From Chthoniobacteraceae bacterium (GTDB taxonomy: Bacteria; Verrucomicrobiota; Verrucomicrobiia; Chthoniobacterales; Chthoniobacteraceae): a stretch of DNA of 15,549 nt. Under the pieces are notes generated by a model, which was not told where the DNA came from, made no database searches, and saw nothing but the letters and a program-made list of their open reading frames with translations. Every line of letters begins with the position of its first letter. Within the stretch, counting starts at the first letter, position 1. This document shows positions 6,962 through 15,077 of this stretch, piece by piece. Made by a program: the position numbers and the translations under genes. Location: the NCBI GenBank assembly GCA_031409335.1, contig JANNWY010000063.1:1-15549 (forward strand), given 5' to 3'.

Positions 6962-9679
6962 GTGAAAAAACTCGCTCAAGACAACTGGCACCAACTCCCC
7001 GCGCACGAAGCTGCGGAGCGGCTGGAGAGCGATCCAGCGACTGGCCTCGCGCAGGCCGAGGCGTGCGCGCGGCTGCGGGAGTTTGGGCCGAATGAGATGA
7101 CTGCGCGGAAGCGGCTCGGCGAGTGGGTGCGCTTCCTTTTGCAGTTTCATCAGCCGCTCATTTACATCCTGCTCGCCTCGACGGTCATCGCGGCGGGGAT
7201 GGGGAAGTGGGTCGATGCGTCGGTCATTTTCGGCGTCGCTTTTCTTAATGCCCTCATCGGCTATCTCCAGGAGGCGAAGGCGGAGAAGGCCATCGACGCG
7301 CTGGCGAAGATGGTCCTCACCGAGGCGACCGTGCGGCGGGGCGGCGAGACGCTGCGGATTCCTTCGTCGCAGCTCGTGCCGGGCGATGTGGTGCTGCTGC
7401 AATCCGGCGACCGCGTGCCCGCCGACCTGCGGCTGCTGCTGCGGCGCAATTTGCAAATCGAGGAAGCGGCGCTGACTGGCGAATCACTCCCCGTGGAAAA
7501 GCAGACCGAGCCGCTGCCCGCCGACACGATCCTCGCCGAGCGCACGAATCTCGCCTTTACCGGCACGCTCGTCACTGCGGGTCAGGGCGAGGGCGTGGTC
7601 TTCGCCACTGGCGACCGCACCGAGATGGGCCGCATCGCCGGGATGATGCACCTCGCGGATGATTTGCAGACGCCGCTCACGCGCAAGATCGCGCACTTCA
7701 GCCGGCTGCTGCTCTACGTGATCCTCGCGCTCGCGGTGCTGATTTTCACTGCCGGCATCGTGCGTGGCGAGCCGTGGCCGGAGATGTTCATGGCGGCGAT
7801 CGCGCTGGCTGTCGGTGCGATTCCCGAGGGATTGCCCGCGGTGGTGACGATCACGCTCGCCATCGGCGTCGGGCGCATGGCGCGGCGGCGCGCGATCATC
7901 CGCAAGCTGCCCGCCGTCGAGACGCTCGGCAGCACGACCGTCATCTGCTCCGACAAGACCGGCACGCTCACGCAAAACCAAATGACCGTGCGCGAAATCC
8001 ACGCCGGCGGGCGGCTCTATCACGTCACCGGCAGCGGCTACGAGCCGGTGGGAAAGATTCATCATGAGGACGAGCCGATCGTCGTGGGTGAAAATGTCGC
8101 GCTCATCGAGACGCTCGGCGCTGGCTTGCTGTGCAATGATTCGCGGCTCGTCCGCGATGAGGAAGGGCAGACGACTGTGCAAGGCGACCCGACCGAGGCG
8201 GCGCTGATCGTCGCTGCGCAGAAGGCCGGGCTGGAGGAGGAGAAAATGAGCGAGCGCCTGCCGCGCATCGAGACGATCCCCTTCGAGTCCGAATACAGCT
8301 ACATGGCCACGCTGCATGGCGCTGTCCACGAGCCGAAGATGATCTACATCAAAGGCGCCGCGGAAACCCTGCTCGCAAAATGCACGCACGCGCTCGACGA
8401 AGACGGCGCCCTCGCGCCGCTCGACGCCGCCCTCGTCCTCCAGCACGCCGAGGCCATGGCCGCGCGCGGCTTGCGCGTGCTCGCCTTTGCTCGGCGCGAA
8501 ATGCCCACCGCGCACCGCGGCCTCGAGCACGAGCACGTCGCCGGCGAACTCACTTTCCTCGGTCTCCAGGGCAAACTCGACCCGCCCCGCCCCGAGGCCA
8601 TCGCCGCCGTGGCCCGATGCCGCACCGCCGGCATCCGCGTGAAAATGATCACCGGCGACCACATTCTCACCGCCAAAGCCATCGCCGCGCAAATCGGCCT
8701 CGACAGCGGCCCGGACATCGTCGCGCTCACCGGCCGCGATTTGGAAAAGCTCACCGGCGAGGAACTGGCCGACGCCGCCGATCGCGCGTCCGTCTTCGCG
8801 CGCGTCGCGCCCGAGCAAAAGCTGCGGCTCGTCCAGGCGCTGCAAGCGCGCGGCCACATCGTCGCCATGACCGGCGACGGCGTGAACGACGCGCCCGCGC
8901 TCAAGCAAGCAGACATCGGCATCGCGATGGGCATCACCGGCACCGACGTGTCGAAGGAAGCCGCCGACATGATCCTGACCGACGACAACTTCGCCTCCAT
9001 CGAAGCCGCGGTGGAGGAAGGCCGCGGCATCTTCGACAACCTCACCAAATTCATCCTCTGGATCCTGCCGACCAGCGCCGGCGTCGCGCTCATCCTGCTC
9101 GTCGCGATCCTCGCCGGCATCACCCTGCCGATGCTGCCCACGCAACTGCTCTGGATCAACCTCGTCACCGCGCTCTTCCTCGGCCTCACGCTCGTCTTTG
9201 AGCCAAAGGAGCGCGACATCATGGAACGCCCGCCGCGCGATCCGAAAAGGCCGCTGCTCACCTTCCCGCTGTTCATGCGCACCGGTCTCGTCACGCTGAT
9301 CTCGCTGGGCGGCGGTTTCGGCCTCTTCCTGTGGGAGCGCGGCATGGAAGGCACGCACCTCGACGAAGCGCGCACCGCCGTCGTGAACGTGGTCGTGATG
9401 GTCCAGAGCTTCTACCTGCTCAACTGCCGCTGCCGGACGCGCTCCCCATTTTCCATCGGCCTCTTTTCAAACCGCTGGCTGCTCGCCGGCCTCGCCACAA
9501 CCTGGCTCGCGCAGCTCGCGTTCACCTACGCGCCCTTTATGAACCAGCTCTTCCACACCGCCCCCGTGCGTTCCGAAGCCTGGCTTTACATCGTCGGCGT
9601 CGGCGTCTTCGCTTTCGCTGCGGTCGAAGTGGAAAAATGGCTGCGCTTCCGCGCGCCACAGCCCGCAAAAAAGCCATGA
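6962..9679 (+). CDS. Cation-transporting P-type ATPase, type II (CtpF/PacL-like), 905 aa
   Basis: TGES, PEGL, DKTGT, KGAAE, DPPR and GDGVNDAP motifs. GGAG at 6946-6949 precedes the GTG start. Confidence 0.95.
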   Translation: MKKLAQDNWHQLPAHEAAERLESDPATGLAQAEACARLREFGPNEMTARKRLGEWVRFLLQFHQPLIYILLASTVIAAGMGKWVDASVIFGVAFLNALIGYLQEAKAEKAIDALAKMVLTEATVRRGGETLRIPSSQLVPGDVVLLQSGDRVPADLRLLLRRNLQIEEAALTGESLPVEKQTEPLPADTILAERTNLAFTGTLVTAGQGEGVVFATGDRTEMGRIAGMMHLADDLQTPLTRKIAHFSRLLLYVILALAVLIFTAGIVRGEPWPEMFMAAIALAVGAIPEGLPAVVTITLAIGVGRMARRRAIIRKLPAVETLGSTTVICSDKTGTLTQNQMTVREIHAGGRLYHVTGSGYEPVGKIHHEDEPIVVGENVALIETLGAGLLCNDSRLVRDEEGQTTVQGDPTEAALIVAAQKAGLEEEKMSERLPRIETIPFESEYSYMATLHGAVHEPKMIYIKGAAETLLAKCTHALDEDGALAPLDAALVLQHAEAMAARGLRVLAFARREMPTAHRGLEHEHVAGELTFLGLQGKLDPPRPEAIAAVARCRTAGIRVKMITGDHILTAKAIAAQIGLDSGPDIVALTGRDLEKLTGEELADAADRASVFARVAPEQKLRLVQALQARGHIVAMTGDGVNDAPALKQADIGIAMGITGTDVSKEAADMILTDDNFASIEAAVEEGRGIFDNLTKFILWILPTSAGVALILLVAILAGITLPMLPTQLLWINLVTALFLGLTLVFEPKERDIMERPPRDPKRPLLTFPLFMRTGLVTLISLGGGFGLFLWERGMEGTHLDEARTAVVNVVVMVQSFYLLNCRCRTRSPFSIGLFSNRWLLAGLATTWLAQLAFTYAPFMNQLFHTAPVRSEAWLYIVGVGVFAFAAVEVEKWLRFRAPQPAKKP

Positions 9680-10674
9680 TTGAAATCGCCGTTTACGACA
9701 CCAAACCCTACGACCGCGAATACCTCGCGCACGCCCCCGGCGCGGACCGCGTCGCGTGGCGCTTCCACGAGTTCCGGCTCAGCGCGGAGACCGCCCCGGC
9801 GGCCAAAGGCGCGCAGGCCGTGTGCATCTTCGTCAACGACCAGGCCGACCGCGCGTGTCTGGAAATCCTCGCCGCGCTCGGGGTGAAGCTCCTCGCCCTG
9901 CGCTGCGCGGGATTTAACAACGTGGACCTCGCCGCCGCGAAGTCGCTCGGCCTCGCCGTGGTGCGCGTTCCGGCCTATTCGCCGCACGCCGTCGCCGAGC
10001 ACACGGTCGCGCTGCTGCTCACGCTCAACCGCAAAATCCACCGCGCCTACAATCGCGTGCGCGAGCTGAACTTCTCGCTCAGCGGCCTGGTAGGTTTCGA
10101 CCTCCACGGCAAGACCGTGGGCATTGTCGGCACCGGAAAAATCGGCCGCATCACCGCGCAGATTTTCCGCGGTTTCGGATGCGACGTGCTGGCCCACGAT
10201 CCCTTCCCCGCACTGGAATGGGCGGCCACGCACGGCGTCCGCTACGTCGATCTCGACGCGCTGCTGGCGGCGAGCGACATCGTCTCGCTGCACGTCCCGC
10301 TGCTGCCGGAGACGCGCCAGTTGCTCAACGAGCAGACGCTCGCGCGGATGAAGCCCGGCGTGTTCATCGTCAACACCAGCCGCGGCAAACTCATCGACAC
10401 CGGCGCGCTCATCGCCGCGCTCAAAGCCGGCCACGTCGGCGGCGTGGCGCTGGATGTTTATGAGGAGGAGGGAGGCATCTTCTTTGAAGACCTCTCCGGC
10501 CAGGTGCTGCACGACGACGAGTTGTCGCTGCTGCTCAATTTTCCCAACGTGCTCATCACCGCGCACCAAGCGTTCCTCACCCGCGAGGCGCTCGGTGAGA
10601 TCGCCCGCGTGACCACGGCCAACGTCCTCCAACTCGAAACGGGAAAACCCTTCCTCGCCGCAACCACGCTGTGA
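9676..10674 (+). CDS. ldhA: D-lactate dehydrogenase (D-2-hydroxyacid dehydrogenase family), 332 aa
   Basis: ATG overlaps the ATPase stop (ATGA). CIFVND, LRCAGFNNVDL, RVPAYSP, GTGKIG, NTSRG, LDVYEEE and HQAFLTREAL are all LdhA-type motifs. Confidence 0.92.
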   Translation: MIEIAVYDTKPYDREYLAHAPGADRVAWRFHEFRLSAETAPAAKGAQAVCIFVNDQADRACLEILAALGVKLLALRCAGFNNVDLAAAKSLGLAVVRVPAYSPHAVAEHTVALLLTLNRKIHRAYNRVRELNFSLSGLVGFDLHGKTVGIVGTGKIGRITAQIFRGFGCDVLAHDPFPALEWAATHGVRYVDLDALLAASDIVSLHVPLLPETRQLLNEQTLARMKPGVFIVNTSRGKLIDTGALIAALKAGHVGGVALDVYEEEGGIFFEDLSGQVLHDDELSLLLNFPNVLITAHQAFLTREALGEIARVTTANVLQLETGKPFLAATTL

Positions 10675-10788
10675 CCGCGCCGCGTAAGATTTGGTTGGTG
10701 ATTGAAAGAAACCGACCGGGCAAAATGCGGCCAGCGAAACGCAATGCGCGGTTATCGCTCGCGCTGCGCCGGGGGCATTTTCGCACCC

Positions 10789-11430
10789 ATGAAAACGAGC
10801 AACACCAAACGTAAAATCGCGGAGACCGTGGTGGGCGCGGCCATCGGCGCGGCCATCGCCGGACCGGCGGGCGCAGTAGTCGGCGGATTCGCGGGCAGCC
10901 AGGCCGCGGCGCACAGTCCGCACGCGGAATCGGACAAACCGGCATCGAAGCAGGAAGAGCCGGACGCGGACGATCCGGTCATCCACGCCGGACTCCAGCG
11001 CATCCTCCTGCCGGTGGACTTTTCGCAGCCGTCGCGCCGTGCGCTGCGTTTCGCGCGCGAGTGGGCCGCGCGCTTCGGGTCCGAGATATTCCTGCTCCAT
11101 GTCATCGAGCCTTGGAGCACCATCTCCGCCTTCGGTGCCGGGCCCGTCGCGCCACCGCTGCCGCCTTTTGATTTCCACGAGCAAGCCCGCGCGGAACTCG
11201 ACAAGCTCGCGGGGCAGGAGTTTCCCGATGCGACAAAAGTCTCCGTGCATCTGCGCGATGGCGTGGCTTACGACGAGATCGCGACCGCCGCGCGCGACCT
11301 CGGCGCGGACCTCATCATCATCGCCACGCATGGCCACACGGGCCTTGCGCACGCGCTGCTCGGCAGCACTGCCGAGCGCGTCGTGCGCCATGCACGGTGT
11401 CCCGTGCTCACGCTGCGGCGTGCGGGGTGA
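10789..11430 (+). CDS. Universal stress protein with N-terminal glycine-zipper segment, 213 aa
   Basis: ILLPVDFS...ADLIIIATHGHTGLAHALLGSTAERVVRHARCPVL, preceded by VVGAAIGAAIAGPAGAVVGGFAGS. ATG 10789 preferred over TTG 10702. Confidence 0.9.
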   Translation: MKTSNTKRKIAETVVGAAIGAAIAGPAGAVVGGFAGSQAAAHSPHAESDKPASKQEEPDADDPVIHAGLQRILLPVDFSQPSRRALRFAREWAARFGSEIFLLHVIEPWSTISAFGAGPVAPPLPPFDFHEQARAELDKLAGQEFPDATKVSVHLRDGVAYDEIATAARDLGADLIIIATHGHTGLAHALLGSTAERVVRHARCPVLTLRRAG

Positions 11431-11469
11431 AGGCGGCGGTCGTTTGGCTGCTCGCCGCGGGCGCGGGTG

Positions 11470-11516
11470 CGCTGAAACCAAGCGGTGGCAGCCACCGACT
11501 CTGATTTTTTTCAGCG
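11470..11516. terminator. Candidate terminator hairpin between convergent genes
   Basis: Inner stem cggtgg-cag-ccaccg (11483-11497) followed shortly by a T7 run; outer arms cgctgaaa (11470-11477) and tttcagcg (11509-11516). Confidence 0.45.
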
Positions 11517-11521
11517 GGTTT

Positions 11522-14500
11522 TCAGGCGCGGCGGCGGCGCAGGGCGAGGCCGATCGTGCCCAGCAGCGCGAGCGCGGCGGTGCCGGGTTCGGGGACGACT
11601 TGCAGCACGATGTCATTGCCGCCGGTGAAGGAATCGGTCGCGGCGTTGCCGGTGAAATTTCCCGCGTAGCTGACGTTGAAAAGTCTGGTGCCGATCGTGA
11701 CGACGCTGGCTTGGGCGAAGGTTCCCTGCACGGCGTCAACTCCGTCGTTGATGACGATGAAAAACAGGTCCGCGGGAGCCGCCGTGAAGCCGCTCAACAG
11801 CGAGCCGGTGAGTTGCGCCCCGGCCAGCTTCACACCGCCGGTCACGTTCACCCGATCGTATCCGGCGATGCCATTGCCGCCGGCCGTGGTGCCACCGATC
11901 TCGATGGTGAGTCTCGCACTCGCGCCCATGAATGTCAGATCGGAGGTGCTGAGAATGCTCGCGTTTCCGGTAAGATCGCCCGGTGCGAGGGTTCCGTTCA
12001 TTTCCACCTGCACTCCGCCGACCGTGCCGCTGCCGCCGAGCGTGGCCCCGTCGCTAATGGCGGTGAGAAAGCTGTTCGTGGTGGAGCCGTTGACGCGGAG
12101 CGTTCCCTCCCTGACGTGCGTGGCGCCGGAATAGGTGTTGTTGCCGGCGAGCATAAGTTCGCCGTTTCCGGTCTTCAGAAAGTCGTTGCGGACGGTGCCG
12201 GAAATGGTGCCTGAGAGCACGGCGACATCCGCCGTCGAGTTCGGATTGTCGATCGCGCGGAAATGGCGGGCGTTGTAGTTCACCGCTTGGGAGACGGCGG
12301 TCAGATTGATGTTGTCCACCCAAGTCACCTTCGCATTTGCCCGGCTCGATCCAAACAGGAGCGCGTGACCGCTGTTCACAAAGCCATCGGCTTCCCACGT
12401 AAAATCCGTCCCGGCGACTGGCGTCAGATCAACCGTCGCATCCGCCCCAAAGGCGGCGAATCCGCCGCTGCCCTGCTCCTGGCCGATGGGAGCGCCGACC
12501 GCATCGATGCCCGACCACGTCAGACGATTCGCTCCGAAGCCAAGCGTGCGGGAAAATGTGCCGCCTCCGGCGATTTCGAGGACACCGCCGCGGAATCGCA
12601 ACTCGCCCTGCGGCAGCGACATTCCGGGGGTCGCGCGCAACGTGCCTTGATTGATCACCACCGGCTGCGATATCGAGCTGTTATTCGAATTTGTGAGGAC
12701 AACCGTTCCCGCGCCAGATTTCACGAGCGCGCCATTCGCACCATTTGCCGCGGCGTCGATAGTGAGCATCGCGCTGCCGACATGGAAATAGCGCGGAGCG
12801 AGTCCACCCGCGTTTGCCAGCGCGCCGCCGCCGCTGGAGGTGATCGCGAAATCGGTCGTGCCCGTCAGCAGGAATGCGTTGGTGAAAAGATTTCCAGTGC
12901 TCGCCAGATCCAGCGTTTGACCCGCCGCCGACGGCGAAATTTTCAGGGAGTTCAACGAATAGCCGGATGAATTCGAAAGTGAAAGTCCCGTCGTGATGGC
13001 GGCGTTCGTGGTGGCAAGTCCAGTGCCGGTGCCGATCGGTGCCGCGACCGTGGCCACGGCGGTGACGCCATTGGCGACAGTATATGAGGCAAAATCGGTT
13101 CCATTCACCGTCGCCCATCCGACCGTGGTGGCATCCGAAGCAGGGGTGCTGCTCAGCAGCCCATTGCTGACGGGGACGGTGAACCCGGTGCCGAAGGTCG
13201 TGTTGAACGTGATGCGCGCCCCGCTCGCTCCAGCGGTGCCGAGTGCGATCGCGCCGCCCGCACCGTCGGTCGCCGTGAAGTTGACGGTGTTGTAGGGGGC
13301 TCCCGCGTTTTCCCGCGCGTAGGATTGAAAGTTCAACGCCGTCACCGCCGCGGCTGCGGTGTGCGTCACGTTGATCGTCAGCGCCCCGGACCGGGAATTT
13401 GCCGACGAACCCAATTGCAGGCGCGACACCGTTTCGAGCGTCCCGGCAGCATTGCCGATCAGCGAAAACGTCCCGCCGCCGATCGTCTCCAAGCCAGTGC
13501 TGGTCGAACTGCCGTCGCGTAGGCGGTTGGCGATGTTGATAATGGAGTTATCCAGCCGGAAAGTGCCTCCGCTCAAGATGACCGCCGCACTGGAGATCTG
13601 CCCGCCGAGGGTCGCATTGCCAGCGACCGCGATGGTCGCGATATCACCGACCCGGACGTCCTTCGAGAGATTGAGCGTGCCAGTGAAAGTCTGGGTGCCG
13701 GTTCCCCGCACATTCAAAGTGCCGTTGGTGCCCGTGCCGCCGCCGAAATTCACATTGCGCAGCGTGCCGGCAAAACTGCCGGAGGTGAGCGCCGTGATCG
13801 TCATATCCGCGCTGTCAAACGCACCAACGACCGCGGTTTCCCGGCGTGCCTCCACGACTGCGCCCGCCACACCGCTGAGCGTGCCAAAACGCAAAGATGA
13901 TTCGGGATCCTGATTGGCACCCGTGCCGAGTATTTTGAATGTCGTCGTCATCAGCGCCGTCGCCGAATTCATCGTCACCGGATTTGCCCGCAGCGCGGTC
14001 GGCGCGGTGTAGGCGTTGTTGTTAAAGCGGATCGTGCCGTCATTGATCACCAGCGCGCCAAACCACGTATTGTCCGAAACCGTCGTCCCCCCGATCGAGC
14101 CAAACCGGAACGTGCTCGTCCCGTTTTTAATGATATTGAAATTGCCGGAGATCGTTCCGTTCAGGGTGATGTTGGCTTTGTCGTGCGCCGCATCATCCGC
14201 CACCGTGTTCCCGCCGAAGATCAGATTCGCACCGAGCCGGATTGGCGCTCCGATAACGAGCGCCGCGCTGCCGGTTTGCGTGATCGCCGGATTCGTCCCG
14301 CCGAAAAGCAACGGCACCGTGCCGGCGATGGTTTGCACCGGTCCCGTGCCCGGTGTCGCGGTGGTCCCGGAAAAGGTCAGTTGATTGAGCAGGAAGGGAC
14401 TCGCCGGGCCGTCCACGGTCGCGATGTAAATGGTCGGGACGCCGACCGTGCCAACGTCGCCGCCGAACAGCAAAACATCCGTCGCATCGGCGCCCGTCGG

Positions 14501-14674
14501 CCCGACGACGCCGCCGAACCACTTGGTCGCGTCCGAAAAGTTGCCCGTGACCGGCGTCGGATTTCCCCAAGTGAAAGTCGCCGCATCGGCCGCATCCGGC
14601 AGAGCGCCGCAAAGCAGCGCGGTGATGGCACCGGCAAGGATGCTTGGGAAGGATTTTGCAGAGGATGATTTCAT
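11522..14674 (-). CDS. PEP-CTERM-sorted surface protein with autotransporter-associated beta-strand repeats, 1050 aa
   Basis: Signal peptide MKSSSAKSFPSILAGAITALLCGALPDAADA; G/T/N/A-rich body; repeats LVKSGAGTVVLTN and FLKTGNGELMLAGNNTYSGATHVREGTL; C-terminal VPEPGTAALALLGTIGLALRRRRA. Confidence 0.92.
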   Translation of the reverse strand: MKSSSAKSFPSILAGAITALLCGALPDAADAATFTWGNPTPVTGNFSDATKWFGGVVGPTGADATDVLLFGGDVGTVGVPTIYIATVDGPASPFLLNQLTFSGTTATPGTGPVQTIAGTVPLLFGGTNPAITQTGSAALVIGAPIRLGANLIFGGNTVADDAAHDKANITLNGTISGNFNIIKNGTSTFRFGSIGGTTVSDNTWFGALVINDGTIRFNNNAYTAPTALRANPVTMNSATALMTTTFKILGTGANQDPESSLRFGTLSGVAGAVVEARRETAVVGAFDSADMTITALTSGSFAGTLRNVNFGGGTGTNGTLNVRGTGTQTFTGTLNLSKDVRVGDIATIAVAGNATLGGQISSAAVILSGGTFRLDNSIINIANRLRDGSSTSTGLETIGGGTFSLIGNAAGTLETVSRLQLGSSANSRSGALTINVTHTAAAAVTALNFQSYARENAGAPYNTVNFTATDGAGGAIALGTAGASGARITFNTTFGTGFTVPVSNGLLSSTPASDATTVGWATVNGTDFASYTVANGVTAVATVAAPIGTGTGLATTNAAITTGLSLSNSSGYSLNSLKISPSAAGQTLDLASTGNLFTNAFLLTGTTDFAITSSGGGALANAGGLAPRYFHVGSAMLTIDAAANGANGALVKSGAGTVVLTNSNNSSISQPVVINQGTLRATPGMSLPQGELRFRGGVLEIAGGGTFSRTLGFGANRLTWSGIDAVGAPIGQEQGSGGFAAFGADATVDLTPVAGTDFTWEADGFVNSGHALLFGSSRANAKVTWVDNINLTAVSQAVNYNARHFRAIDNPNSTADVAVLSGTISGTVRNDFLKTGNGELMLAGNNTYSGATHVREGTLRVNGSTTNSFLTAISDGATLGGSGTVGGVQVEMNGTLAPGDLTGNASILSTSDLTFMGASARLTIEIGGTTAGGNGIAGYDRVNVTGGVKLAGAQLTGSLLSGFTAAPADLFFIVINDGVDAVQGTFAQASVVTIGTRLFNVSYAGNFTGNAATDSFTGGNDIVLQVVPEPGTAALALLGTIGLALRRRRA

Positions 14675-14840
14675 GAGATTCGAGGGGTGAAACAGCGGGC
14701 TTTTCGCCGGCCCATAAGACGTTGGTGCGTGATACTGAGAGCGATCCGCATCCGTTTCGGGATGGCGAGGCGCGGCAGCAAAGGGCAAGCGATGCTGCGC
14801 GTCAAACGGATATGTTTATCCAGCGCTCTTTTCGCGAAGA

Positions 14841-14924
14841 TACCGGCGGTCGGGGTCGAACCGACACTCCCTTTCGGGAACAAGATTTTGAGTCTAGCGC
14901 GTCTGCCAATTTCGCCACGCCGGC
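14841..14924 (-). tRNA. tRNA-Leu (anticodon CAA)
   Basis: GCCGGCG/CGCCGGT acceptor stem, D-arm TGGCGAAATTGGCAGACGC, anticodon loop CT-CAA-AA, long variable arm TCCCGAAAGGGA, T-arm GTCGG-TTCGACC-CCGAC, discriminator A. CCA is not encoded. Confidence 0.96.
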
Positions 14925-14940
14925 CTTTTCGCGAGGGGCG

Positions 14941-14969
14941 AAGCTAGGAGCCGCGCGCGGCCATTGCAA
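14941..14969 (-). promoter_or_regulatory. Sigma70-like promoter of tRNA-Leu
   Basis: Minus strand TTGCAA (14969-14964), 17-nt spacer, TAGCTT (14946-14941), then GC-rich discriminator CGCCCC. The -10 ends 16 nt upstream of the tRNA. Confidence 0.65.
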
Positions 14970-15077
14970 GCGCCGAGGCAGTCGGATTTTTCGACTGTGG
15001 AATGGTGCCAACGGTCTGCCCGCTGGCAGGAAGTTGAAGCCTTGCCGACATCGCCGTGCCCGCTCATGCTGCGTGCC

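Noticed and set aside
7484..9358. 624-aa minus-strand ORF
   Set aside because: Antisense shadow of ATPase 2, expected from GC-rich codon bias; no recognisable motifs.
9331..9675. Upstream extension of the D-LDH ORF
   Set aside because: Overlaps ATPase 2; the ATGA overlap and family N-terminus place the start at 9676.
10675..10788. FNR/CRP box or riboswitch upstream of USP 2
   Set aside because: No TTGAT-N4-ATCAA or TGTGA-N6-TCACA match and no recognisable riboswitch consensus.
11435..11442. ggcggtcg as a possible att copy of the tRNA 3' end
   Set aside because: Only 8 bp in GC-rich DNA, and no integrase present.
9586..11739. 717-aa minus-strand ORF
   Set aside because: Lies antisense to ldhA and USP 2 and off-frame over the PEP-CTERM 3' end; shadow-like composition.
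14675..14788. Longer start for the PEP-CTERM ORF
   Set aside because: The signal peptide begins at ATG 14674.
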